32,948 bases of DNA from Catajapyx aquilonaris (GCA_000934665.2 JYFJ02004340.1:1-32948), one strand, 5' to 3'; shown: positions 13,313-25,012, numbered from the stretch's first letter. A program made the numbers and translations. The notes: generated from the letters alone by a model not told the origin.

Positions 13313-16300
13313 CCCAAAAAAGAACGATTGGTCTCAAGACATTGAGGATTATACCACATTACAGCAACACACAAGAATATAGAGGTATCATCAACCATAT
13401 AAACTACTGTATGTGGTGTATAATGAACATTTTGGTTCCCCCCAAAAGTGCATCCAACACTGCAATAGTCTCTGTGTGGGAAAGCATCTGTAGGCTTTTT
13501 TCTGCCGGGCATAACCCACATCATGTGTAAAAATAAGCAACATACAACGTAATTTATGCTAAGTACTGGCATGCAAGAGGGTATGAGTGCATTGCCTGGA
13601 ATCCAGGATGCCGTGTGGGTTTCGGCGTGTAGCTTATCTAGGTACTGCACAGCTAAATACCAGTCATGGTCTGCAAGGTTTTAATAGTTCCTGCCCCAAC
13701 ATTTCGCACGCATTCATTTTATAGTTTTTTAAGAAAAAGAAAACAAGTAACCATTATTACTTGTCGCTGAACTTGGGGTATTCGTTTCCAAAAAAAAAAA
13801 AATCAAGAAATACTTGACACATTAATACACAATCATAATGAAACACTTGCTCTGCGTATACTAGGGAAATGATCATTGTTCTTCAACTTAGATACTTAGA
13901 GAAGATAACAATCACAAGAGTGTACATTAACCATTTAATGCGTTCGTGAAGAGGGCTACCAAATGACGAGACGGTTTTATGTGGACGGAGTCTACACCGC
14001 GGAACATTCTAGGGAAACACTGAAAGACAGTCCCCTCGACAGTCCCCGTCTCAGCAGTCTCAGACTATGGCTTCGTTCACTGATGCAAATTTTTACGCAT
14101 TCTAACCTGCTACATTACAGTTACGGGCTGTATAACTTAAGAGAGGTTTCCCATTTACGGTGCTGGAAATACCGTGCAAAAAAGGAGAAATAACTGCGGC
14201 ACCACATTGCTTTCGCGTTCATTATTGAGGTTTTTCTGGTTAACCGGGCTATTTTGCAGATAATTTAGGTGGTGTTGCGCTTCATGGGACGCCATGTTCA
14301 ATTAGTAGGTAAAAAAGAAAAAGTTCAGGCCATTGTAGCATATGGAAGCGTGGTACTGTATCTTGCACACCTGCTATATACTGTGAAAAAACGCAAACGG
14401 CTTTTCTCGCTATACTGTATTCATTGATGCCGTGTTATGGAATTCAACTGGTAATTACTAATTACGCGTATCAATAGCATTATTAAAAATATGTACTCTT
14501 ACGGCCATGATTAAAATTCTTGCTTATAAATGCACTTATTTGTAGGATTGAATATGTGAGATCATTAGTGCCTCGGAAGTTCAGCAGACCATATAATATA
14601 ATTATTATGGAGGTGTATAGCAAAACGTTAGTAATTAGCCTACTCAGTGCAGTTAGAAATGGAAATTCTTGCAAAATAATAGTAGTGTTCACATATAGGA
14701 CTGCCTAAGGGTCGTTTTTTTATACTTATGCACTAATGACCCGAATGATTTGGCAGTACACAGAATGGCCTGAGGGCATAGTAGCAGTTGTTTGAAGTAG
14801 CTTCTTTGCTTCTGGGCTATCCCGTAGTGTGGAATAAACTGCTATTGATCATTGTTTCTTTTAACTGCAATTAAAAATAAAGAATTCATAATTATTTGAG
14901 AGAATTGTTATGGAACATTGTGGTAAAACAAGAGAGTGCGCCAAAGCATTAAAGTCCCACGACATGCTATGTTTTTGTCTAAGCATGCATTATTCTGCCG
15001 TGAGGTATTGTATACCTTTCATGCAGTATAGGCTGGGAATTATTCATGGACTTTACCAACTCAAGCGGCACAACAACGAATTGAATATAAAGCATTCACA
15101 ATAAATTCTGATCTTCCATCTACGTGAGCAAATCTATCTTTCCGTCTGTATTTCACCTAATAGATCAACAATATTATTGTTCCCTGACCTGTAATTGGAA
15201 TAAGAAGAGGGGAAAATGTTTCTGATAAAAAGAACACATCTGCAAGATTCCCACCCTTTCTCTTTGCTCTCTTTCTCCCAAGACCCGGGGACACTGAGTC
15301 CTAATCGCTTTTCACGCCAATTGCCAACAGCGGTATATCTTACAAAGCGGGCCACTTCCACTTTGCCAGCTGGAAGTTTGTACTTTTCGCGTCGTATTGG
15401 TTAACTCGTAACGGTGCCCAAAGGACTAACCTAAAAAGAAAACATTAATTGGCCTTCTATAAGAACGAGTAGCACGAGTTGCAGCGTAAATTTTACTATC
15501 AGATTTAATTCTTGAGTGTAGGAGATTCAATCCGGAAAGAATAGTGCTACACCAGTGTGGAGTGGATTCAATGCTGACAGCTTTGTAATCGGTGAATATA
15601 ATGCATGCAAACTGCATTATTTAAAAGCTATTTTAAATCAGCAGTATCTAGCAAAAAATTGTTGTATTAAGACAGAAAAATAGTTATTTTTTACGATCCG
15701 GATATTGGTTTCCAACGTGACCAAATTCCAGTGTGAAATATATTAACCTTCTTTATTTCGAAAATGTTACACTCCATGATAAACAAAAATCCTAAAATTG
15801 AGCTTGAAAACTTCCATGAAGTTTGTAGATTAATATTGGCTGTACATGATTAAAAGACGAAGCGAATATAACCCTCAGAACCATCGTTAGTCAACGTGCC
15901 AGAAATAAACGTTAACGGGAAAATATCGCCAGCAATATCGTCGAGGCTAGTAAGTAACCTATCTAGGGTTTCAAGTTGCCAGGAGGAGACATCGATAATA
16001 CATGCGAAAGCACAAAACCGCGCTTACAATGCACGCTGTTGCATGACTTTTCTGAGTAATATAATTTATTCCAAGTGCATTTGAGACCTACATGTTAAAT
16101 ATTGTGCAGTAGGCCAGTTGCTTTAGTTATTATGGGACAGTTATAGCTTCACTGCGGGCTTTTTCCGAGGTTCTCCGTGTGTTTTCAAGAAAAATTAAAT
16201 TAAATATTATGGAAGCAAATGCACGTGCCGTTCATTTTATTTCTACATAATTTCATAAATTTGAGCTTTTCTTGCACATCCCCTAAACCTCCTCAATAGT

Positions 16301-19300
16301 AACCTTGCCGCGACATAGTGAAAATCCTGGCTGTCCGAGAAGTACGTTTAACTTCTAGGAATCTTATTTTTCAGAGACCATGCTTCAAATATTGGTGCAC
16401 GTGGTAAATATACCTCGTATGTAGCCTATGTCAATTTGAAATAGAGGGGACCCTCACAAAGGCATGGGGCCCTCAGAAGGCAAACTTCTAGATGGCTCAC
16501 TATACAAGGCTGTGTCACGGGGCGAAAGTCCTCAAGATTTCCTTCTCTACCGATATAAATTCTCATATGTAAACGCACCTTAACACTGTAAATTAAATAA
16601 AGCAGTGTTTTGCAAATTGAACAAGTTGTAAGTTTGTATTCTTGGGCTTATTTTAATATGCTTCTCTAGACTAACTTGTGCAACTTGGAACATACCCTGA
16701 ACGAGTATGCAAATTGAGAAAGGCAAGCGACACCTTTGTTCCGTTTTGCTCCTAAGCAACTGCTTAGGAAAGTCAAACTTATTTTGAAGCATGCATTATC
16801 GGCAGCAAACGTGGTTTAATTTGAAATGTAAATTACAAAGGACGCCCGTCACTTTCCAAGTGAAATTAGGGCAGGCAACTTTTCATGAAGAGCCCAGGGA
16901 GAAAGTAGCCGACGGGTACATCAGGCCGTAAGGTCGAAACGTTGTATCCCCTGCATTCAAATCCAACAATGCGCGCTTCAAAATTACAACTGTGACCTGC
17001 AGTCATAATATGAATCGTGAGCAAAACAGCCTATTTGACGGACTAGAATTTAATAAACAGGTGTGAATTGTGCCAGTGACCATCATGCAAATTGCACCTC
17101 CTCTCTCCCTCGCTCGTTGTAATTCATAGCAAGTTTACTTTTTCTAGTAAACTGAAAAGCGATTTTTTTTTGGTCAGTATCTAAATGTCCGTACCCCTTT
17201 TTTGTGCCTATTATTTTATTCCTCAAAACGTGAACTTCAATACAGCAGCTGTTAGCCCTGGAGCTGGTAAAAGAAGGGTCACGCGGAATATTTCATTGCA
17301 CGTCCTATAACTGAATAATAGACGAGAGCGGTCTCGTAATGAAGGTAATGCAATTAGCCTCAGTTATAATACAAAGGGGAAATAGTAGATTTGCAGGTAA
17401 ATTAACATCCATGGGACCAGGAGTTCTATTCATCCTGATTGAACCATTCTCTAATATATAAAATACATATTGATATCAAATAGTCTATCTGGGTCGTTGA
17501 TGTGAATGATAAAGTCTTGTCCCTGGCAGAGACCTGGCTAATTAGTATAATGGGGGGCCGGGCAGCAGGGAGAGGCTACAAAACCACGAGTCCGCCACCT
17601 TAAGTAACAAGCGTCTTGGGTCATTTTCTATTCATGGGAGCGGAAATGGACTGGAGATGGCGAAATTGCATGCGGCGGTGTATTCAACGCCTGACGTCCC
17701 CTGGGCTACTTCCACCAGGATAGAAAAGATGGCGCTAAATATACATTCGCCTGTTTTGTCCCTTCCCTCACAAGTCATCTCTGGCTGCCTCTGACTCGTC
17801 TCATTTTGGCATGGGCTCTCGAGCAGCATTGGCTTTTGAGACTAACTTGAGGACCTCCGGCTCACAGCAACATTCGCATTTATGTGATTGCCACGTACGG
17901 GGGTGAGGCCTGCTCCGGACAGGTGCATTCATTCGACGCTGAGGGGATTTGCGACACTATATATTTCATCGTTCCTCACAAATTGATGAGTGCTGATCCT
18001 AAAGTAGCGCTTTTCAAACCTGCGAGCACACGCGTGGGAATAGGCGCGTTGTACTGGTAGTGGTGCAACTCAGGGACATGATGGGTGTCCGGAAAATGTA
18101 CGTAATTATTGGAAGATTGTGTGTTGTATAAAGCTGGACTAAATTACGTGCAGTGTGGGTTGGGGATGAAAGGTACTGGCACTTCACGTTCATGATGTTG
18201 CATTTGAAAGGTTAAAATTGCGCAACAAAGGACTGGAATTTTAGTAACTTCTCCGCATCATAAGGGAGGTTATCAAGAGAGGTAATTTGTAGGATATCAA
18301 TTTTGTTTGGTTCAATATGATTTTTGGTGTAAATGATGTTTGACAGTGTTTACTAAAATTGCAAGCTAGTACTGAAAACGATGAATACAGAATTGAGTTG
18401 TATGCTGGAATTTGACAATTCAAGTTTCACATGGGCACAGAATTTTTATTATAACTTTTGTGGCATTCTTAGACGATGCCCAATTTTTATAGTGATGTAT
18501 TCTTCACTAAAACAGACATTATTTAATGAAATATACCAGTGTTAGATGCTCGTATTGCAATACTCCATCTCGAAGGGTTGCCATATGGAGCATAAAGTAT
18601 AATTTCACAGCAGTCATCAAATTCATGATAAATCTGTTTTATGAACAAAGTGACTCTAAAATAGCTTGCCATATACCATCAAAATGTAAATTAAAATTAT
18701 TTGAGAATTATAATATTATGGCCTTCTGTGGTAACAATATTTGAAATTTGAACAATTGAAATTTTGCAGTCTTTCAACCTCAATATATCAGCTGTCTGTT
18801 TCTCATTTGCAGTAATAGCTTGCAATTTTTTGTTGGCACTGTCAAATATAATTCTTAGCGATTCAAGCACAACAGAATGATGCCCTACAGGCATGAAGTT
18901 GATATCAAAATACACCTCTCATCTTTTTTGCGACCTAGCTAAGCTTGAAAATACCGGTTTTTCCCTCGCTGCCGCTGTCGGGCAGACAATTCAAAGGAAA
19001 TTGTACAGTATAAAATTGTAGGAGTTTGTGGAGAAACCCATAAATGCGAAAAGTAATTGAACAGGTGAGTGGAAAAAGAGTAACATTTCAGTTTCCCTCT
19101 TCAGGAAAACAAAAATTAACAAAAAAAGTTTACTGACGAAATGATTTTTATTGAAAGAATTACTAAATATTACGCAATATATTGTCAATAAGTGTTCAAT
19201 CCCAAAACATCAAAATGAAATGCTCATAAGTTTGTTACTTATTAGGCTAAATTATAATCGCCTGTGTCAGAATCAATTTCCCATATTTTTGGAATGCAAT

Positions 19301-19556
19301 CCTTCTTCCACTCACCAGTTCAACTGTTGGAAAGTATGTCCTTAATAATAAGCAGCTTAGTGCCCAAAATGGCAAACCCCTCAGAATACCGTAAGTAACT
19401 TTGGGAGTTTTTGAAGATTTTCGTATCAGCAGAAACGGTTTAATGTTTTACCAACAAATGTCTTATTAAGGTTTGTACCCTCGTCCTTCCTCTACAAATC
19501 CGTGTTCAGATCATATAGATAACTTTATCCGTTACAAAATTATTCACATTTACATT

Positions 19557-20341
19557 TGTCACAAAGTCACCCCTTAATGTGGGGTGACTTTGTGACAGTG
19601 GTCATTTCCTTGAAGTTAAACATGAGAAACAAAAAATATAACAGTTACCGGTACCCCACAAACTTTTAATTTTAGACAAATTTTCGTCTTTAAAATGATA
19701 TATTATTTTATAAAATTGATCATATATAATAATGTAATATTATGAAAAAACCGCTTGTCTTTTCGTTCAAGTGCTTAACTTCCTCAAGTTCTCAGCGGCT
19801 GGTTTCTTTGGAATTTCATTTGGATGTGTATAATACCGGGTGATACGGTACCCTAAAGGACCCACATAGGTCAAAAAAATAAAATAATATCCGTGGACTG
19901 ACTTTGTGACAAGTTTATGCTGTCACGAAGTCACTCCGCAAAAATATGAAATTCATCTAACTATTCTAACATAACGTAGCTCCTACCAAACAAGTTCAGT
20001 CTTGCATCATGTTATATCATTTCTTAGCCAATGAATTTGTCTTCAAAATATGTTACATGTTTTTACACTTTTACTCTCATCGCAACTATGGGAATCGCTA
20101 TTAAGGAAAGTAATCGGAAGAAGTGCCAACAATCCTCGCAGTTTGCATACGTGGAATGTGACTGCCAGGACTGCCAACATTGCGCAATTGTGGGAGCTTC
20201 TCCAGATGTCTGCTAGGTGGCACCATATTCGCAGCCATCTACTGGCGCTGGTTTCAGTCAATAAGCTAAAATAATTAATAGTGACGCGAGATTCGAAACA
20301 CTGATTTGTCACAAAGTCACCCCGCATGTCACAAAGTCCCC
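19557..20341. mobile_element. DNA-transposon remnant with an iterated TGTCACAAAGTCACCCC motif
   Basis: Motif copies at 19557 (+), 19581 (-), 19899 (-), 19921 (+, variant), 20307 (+) and 20327 (+, partial). This pattern suggests subterminal transposase-binding repeats; boundaries are uncertain. Confidence 0.55.
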
Positions 20342-20656
20342 ATTTCGGATGTAGCACATGCTTACAAGGTCCGGTCATCCAAATCAATTGTCAGTGGTGG
20401 CTAGCGATTTATTTGCAGATAAAAGTATGCTCGCTGTCAGAAAGTACTAGGTGACGCAAAAATTTTCACATTCATCGGACTTAATTCTCAGGCCAATATT
20501 TGTGAATGCAATGGAACTCAATGACTTCCCGACTCAGATGGAGTGCATAGTTGTTGATGATTCCCGATACTTGACTTCATGACTGTTCCATAAGACTGAC
20601 ACCACAAGAGGTCGTAAGGTCTTGATTTTGTAGCTACGTAGTCGGGTGTATGCAGG

Positions 20657-20658
<2 letters not shown>

Positions 20659-20731
<73 letters not shown>

Positions 20732-20760
20732 CAATAACAATAACGACGACGACAATAATA
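20659..20760. repeat. Microsatellite (AAT)22 grading into AAC/GAC triplets
   Basis: Pure AAT run at 20661-20726, then aac aac aat aac aat aac gac gac gac aat aat. Confidence 0.97.
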
Positions 20761-20977
20761 AAGATGGCCGTTTCCATGTAAAGTGTGTATATTTGTTGAC
20801 ACTAAAAATTCTTAGATTCTAAAAAGTGGTGTCCTCTACCCACACAGGGCTCCCTTATGGAAGACGATGATAAGACTACCAGGTAGGAGTGAATTAACTT
20901 AATACATTTTCTTGTCCGATCTTCATATCACAGAATGCAAAAACCGGTAACAATCGTGTATTGCCACTGTACACTAC

Positions 20978-22129
20978 ATGACAGTCATTCATTTAAGCCT
21001 TCCTTCGGTCCAGGAGAGCAGTTTTTGGTCCAATATGAAAAAGAAATTGCTCAGTGGCCCGACTACTACCGGGACATTTGGGAGATGCGGTGTGTTAAAA
21101 AGGTCCTCGATCACCACACTTCACATACTCGATCCTGCAACGCTGAAGCTGACCTGGTACATACCTCCTGCCTCGGTGTTGGTAGTTAAGAAGATGGGGA
21201 ACGAACACATTCCGCGATTTGTGGAACTCATCAAGTGGCTCATTGCTGACAATGAGAAGATTGTGTACGTGGAACACTCGACCTTTATTGACGACTCTTG
21301 CCACAACAACCCGGAATTTACGGATATCCTTCATAAATTGAAGACATTCATGCCCGGCGACGAAGACCTGGCAGAGAAGGTAGATCTCATCGTTTGCTTG
21401 GGAGGCGACGGCACTCTGCTGCATGCAAGCTCGCTCTTCAAGAACTCCGTACCTCCCGTCATTGCCTTTAACATGGGAGTTCTTGGATTTATGACCCCCT
21501 TCAACTTTAACAGCTACCAGGAAGTCATAACAGATGTGTTTGAAAAAACCCCATTCTTGATGATGAGGAGCCGCTTGAAGTGTACCATACTGAAGAAGGA
21601 TGACTCGGCGCCTCTTGTAAGCTACACGGTCCTGAACGAAGTTGTGATAGATCGCGGAGAGTCTCCGTACCTCTCGAACATCGACCTGTTCATGCAGGGC
21701 AAGCACATCACGTCGGTGCAAGGAGACGGTTTGATAGTCTCTACACCAACTGGCAGCACCGCTTACGCTGGATCAGCCGGCTCATCCTTGATACACCCGA
21801 GCGTGCCATCGGTGATGGTGACTCCCATCTGCCCTCACTCACTGTCCTTCAGGCCACTTGTGGTACCGGCCGGCGTTCAGCTAGAGGTCTCTATTTCGCC
21901 GTTCAGCCGAGGTTCAGGATGGGTGTCTTTTGACGGACGGAACAGGCAGCAACTTCGTGATGGATACAAACTGCATATTAAAGTGTCAAAATATCCTCTC
22001 CCGTCAGTTTGCTCCCAGGATCAATTGTTGGAGTGGACAACATCGCTGTCAGAATGTCTCCACTGGAACGCGAGGGCAATACAAAAACCCCTGGATGTCC
22101 CACATGAGGAACAGCCCAATTCTTCGTAA
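20978..22129 (+). CDS. NADK: NAD+ kinase (cytosolic animal NADK type) with an intronless catalytic region; probable retrogene
   Basis: 383-aa ORF with CLGGDGTLL, LGFMTPF, VLNEVVIDRG, VQGDGLIVSTPTGSTAY, TPICPHSLSFRP, VSFDGR and LSECLHWN, plus the animal-type N-terminal FGxCG...HIxDPA...LTW segment. The start is uncertain (ATG 20978 or ATG 21035); the frame is closed upstream by TAA at 20948-20950. Confidence 0.95.
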   Translation: MTVIHLSLPSVQESSFWSNMKKKLLSGPTTTGTFGRCGVLKRSSITTLHILDPATLKLTWYIPPASVLVVKKMGNEHIPRFVELIKWLIADNEKIVYVEHSTFIDDSCHNNPEFTDILHKLKTFMPGDEDLAEKVDLIVCLGGDGTLLHASSLFKNSVPPVIAFNMGVLGFMTPFNFNSYQEVITDVFEKTPFLMMRSRLKCTILKKDDSAPLVSYTVLNEVVIDRGESPYLSNIDLFMQGKHITSVQGDGLIVSTPTGSTAYAGSAGSSLIHPSVPSVMVTPICPHSLSFRPLVVPAGVQLEVSISPFSRGSGWVSFDGRNRQQLRDGYKLHIKVSKYPLPSVCSQDQLLEWTTSLSECLHWNARAIQKPLDVPHEEQPNSS

Positions 22130-22426
22130 AGTAACTTGGTCATTGTCTTGCCACCATGTAAACAGTGAAAAAGTAAAACAAAATTGTAGCAGTGAAGGTG
22201 TGCATCTCTCTCATCAGCCAGATTGATTGACAGTGCACAAGGCACTGCATGTTTTTGTGTAACTTTCATAGGTGTTGAGTGGCAGTTACTGCAGTGTCGC
22301 AAGATTTTAAACTGATATTGCAATGCTGCAATCAACAGATAGTAATACTATATCTGTATAACATCGTGAGTTGGTTTGTAAGTTATAATTTTTATGAATA
22401 CATCGCATTGGCGAATGGAATGTCGG

Positions 22427-22514
22427 GCTGACTCGTGCACGAGTCAGCTATCAATGAAATAACGAAAGTCAATCTTTCCATGGAAAGATTGACTTTCGTT
22501 ATTTCATTGATAGC
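22427..22514. repeat. Two abutting perfect, spacerless palindromes (22 bp at 22427-22448; 68 bp at 22447-22514)
   Basis: gctgactcgtgcacgagtcagc overlaps by 2 nt with gctatcaatgaaataacgaaagtcaatctttcca|tggaaagattgactttcgttatttcattgatagc. Confidence 0.95.
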
Positions 22515-23015
22515 AATAACAGGATAAATTGCGATATCCAACAGCAGCAAGTACAATATTATTCCTAGTGCTCTTGGTCTCTTGAAATTAAGCCATCCAA
22601 TAAGTCGAACAGTACTCATCACCTTTCACTAGCACTTCGGCATGAAGCACTCTGTGGCCATTTGTTTGATCACAGGTTTTTATTAGCAGGAAATGACGGT
22701 ATTTTCTCGTCTGGTGCGGAGTAGTCTACTGTCTACATTCACTCACAATCAGTTGTGACCGACATAATTGTCCTAGTCGATCCAGTCCTTTGTTTATTGT
22801 GTGTCCTTGCATTTTTGCTTCATATAACATCGAGTCGTCGGCAAAGAATATCCAGAACAAGCCCTATCCCATGTTATGACTCCGCCATTGTCATAAAAAA
22901 TTAAAATGCCAGCAGAGTCGCCTCCTGTGGCCATTTGAAGTGCTAAAAAATTGCAACTTCTCAACTTTTAATCCCCAGTTTTCAAAACTAAGAGAAGTAA
23001 CACTCAGACATCTTA

Positions 23016-24081
23016 CAAGGGAAGGTCACCCATTGTATCATCAGTTGAAAAAGAACTGTCCCAGTCATCCTGACGTGTGGGCTGGCCGCTCGACACACAC
23101 CATGTAAGTTACATGGTGTGTGTCGAGCGGGCAGCACACACATCAGGATGACTGGGACAATTCTTTTTCAACTGATGATACCTGGAGTTTCTGAATGAAA
23201 CTTGGCACAATAATATAGGCATCAGGTATGTTATTAACCAAAATGCACACCGTTTCAGCCTAGCGATACAAGGTCAAAAGTTATGACCTCTCGATGTGAG
23301 CCCGGACAGCTTACCTTAATAGGAGTGAAGTTTCAGATATTGCACTCAAAAAAGCAGACATTTTATTACATAATTGGAAATGGATAATATTACTCTGATT
23401 ACAACGAGCTATACCAGACCTGCTAGATCGCAGCTATTATTGAGAAAATAGCTTCTGAAGTTTTGCGAAAAAAAACAATTATTTTCTCTCAAATTACGTG
23501 CCCGATTGGCATCAAATCCAGCTTATAGCCTACTCCTAGAAAATTTAGAAAATCAGGTTCCCTAATTTTTCGTATGCCGGAAGCATAAGCCACATGCAGA
23601 TGAAATGAAGCATCGTACATTAGCACCTAAGACTGTTTGCGATAATGATTGTGTTCAAATAAAAACATGTATGTACAACGAGCACATCTTATGTATAAAT
23701 GAGAGTGTGGGACAGTACTGCACAGTATAAAGAAAGCAGAGAAACCTTTCTTATATTTTTGTCGGCTCGCTCGATAGAAGGCAATGCAGGAACTTGTCGT
23801 TTCTGAGATGTGCTCATTGTACAAGTGTGTTTTGTTTTGAACATATAATTTAAAACATGCATAAGTGTTAATTTTCTATGCTTCTTTTTATCTGCCAGTG
23901 ATTTACCCTTCCCGCTTAGGTAAGCTGTCCGAGATGACTTCGAGAGGTCATAACTTTTGACCTTGTATCTCTAGGCCTAAACAGTCTGCGTTTTGGTTAA
24001 TAACATACCTGCCTATATTATTGTGTCAAGTTTTATTCAGCACCTCCAATCCTCCATGTTACAATGGGTGACCTTTCCTTG
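23016..24081. mobile_element. About 1.07-kb non-autonomous element with long TIRs and a TTA target duplication (PIF/Harbinger, Tourist-like)
   Basis: tta|CAAGGGAAGGTCACCCATTGTA ... TACAATGGGTGACCTTTCCTTG|tta. Inverted homology continues between about 23181-23316 and 23918-24050 (aggtatgttattaaccaaaa, gatacaaggtcaaaagttatgacctctcga, cggacagcttacct). Confidence 0.8.
23038..23178. mobile_element. 141-bp foldback element inserted at TA within the left TIR of the larger element
   Basis: 70-bp arms around a single G (23108) with 4 mismatched pairs. Flanked by TA at 23036-37 and 23179-80, and absent from the partner TIR. Confidence 0.8.
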
Positions 24082-24852
24082 TTAGCTCTGGTGTGTAATT
24101 CTACGGTATTTGTCACATTTTAGTAGCCTACATACTATCACGCACTATTTGTGCCATAATATTTGTGGACCAAGCAAAAGTACCTATCTTACTTTTTTAC
24201 TTTCTTTAAAAATGATATTTTATTATGGCGACAACTGTACATAATACTGTTGGACTCTTCCATATACATGTAGGCCTACCATATGTTTGTTTATTCAATT
24301 CCTTTCAAAATCGGATTTTCCCTCGCGCATTTTCTAAATGTTTTATTTTGGAGATCTGGTACGCTCTGGCATAAACTTGACTAGCCCTCCATCATCCATC
24401 TGCCAAAATTTGCTTTGTTCATTTCCAAATCCTGTCAATGGGTTCGGCCACCAGATATGCAGTCCCTCTTATTTCTTGCATTTTAGGCCGGGGCATTATA
24501 AGGGTATTTATTGATGGGTTGGCCGCGGTTTCTAATTAGCGAGATAAAAACTCCCCTCTCCCATCATTTCAGTTTTTTGGGTAAGGCCGTTGTAGTACCT
24601 TTTTCATCCGAGCTGCATAATAAAAAGCACGAATTTGTGGGGAGTCAAGAATTTGAAGGATATTGGCCTGGTAGATTGCCTGGGAACGTTAGTTAATTTT
24701 ATATTGGGATTAAGTTGATTAATTTTTTCGGTTTATTTCAGATACGTGTATTCCTTGGTGTATAATTATTCACTAATGTTAATATCTGTATACGTCATGA
24801 GCTCACTATCCAAATGCGTGGGTTTATCATCATGTATGTTGCACTCAAAGTA

Positions 24853-25012
24853 CAGTGTTGGTCATATATTGAGGCAACCGCCAGCGACATTTTCCGAAGC
24901 GGCAGAAGAAGGAATCGAAGATAAGCATACTGCAAGCCAGGCGAGAAAGATTCCTTCTTCTGCCGCTTCGGAAAATGTCGCTGGCGGTTGCCTCGATATA
25001 TGACGAAGACTG
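24853..25012. mobile_element. 160-bp MITE with CAGT...ACTG termini and TA TSD (Tc1/mariner-pogo type)
   Basis: ta|CAGTgttggtcatatattgaggcaaccgccagcgac...ggaatc, a 32-nt spacer, then the reverse complement ending gaagACTG|ta. Arms are 64 bp with 3 mismatches. Confidence 0.82.

Noticed and set aside
20518..20802. Poly-Tyr and poly-Leu ORFs
   Set aside because: Translation of the (AAT)n microsatellite.
21095..21721. 208-aa minus-strand ORF
   Set aside because: Antisense shadow of the NADK coding sequence; no recognisable motifs.
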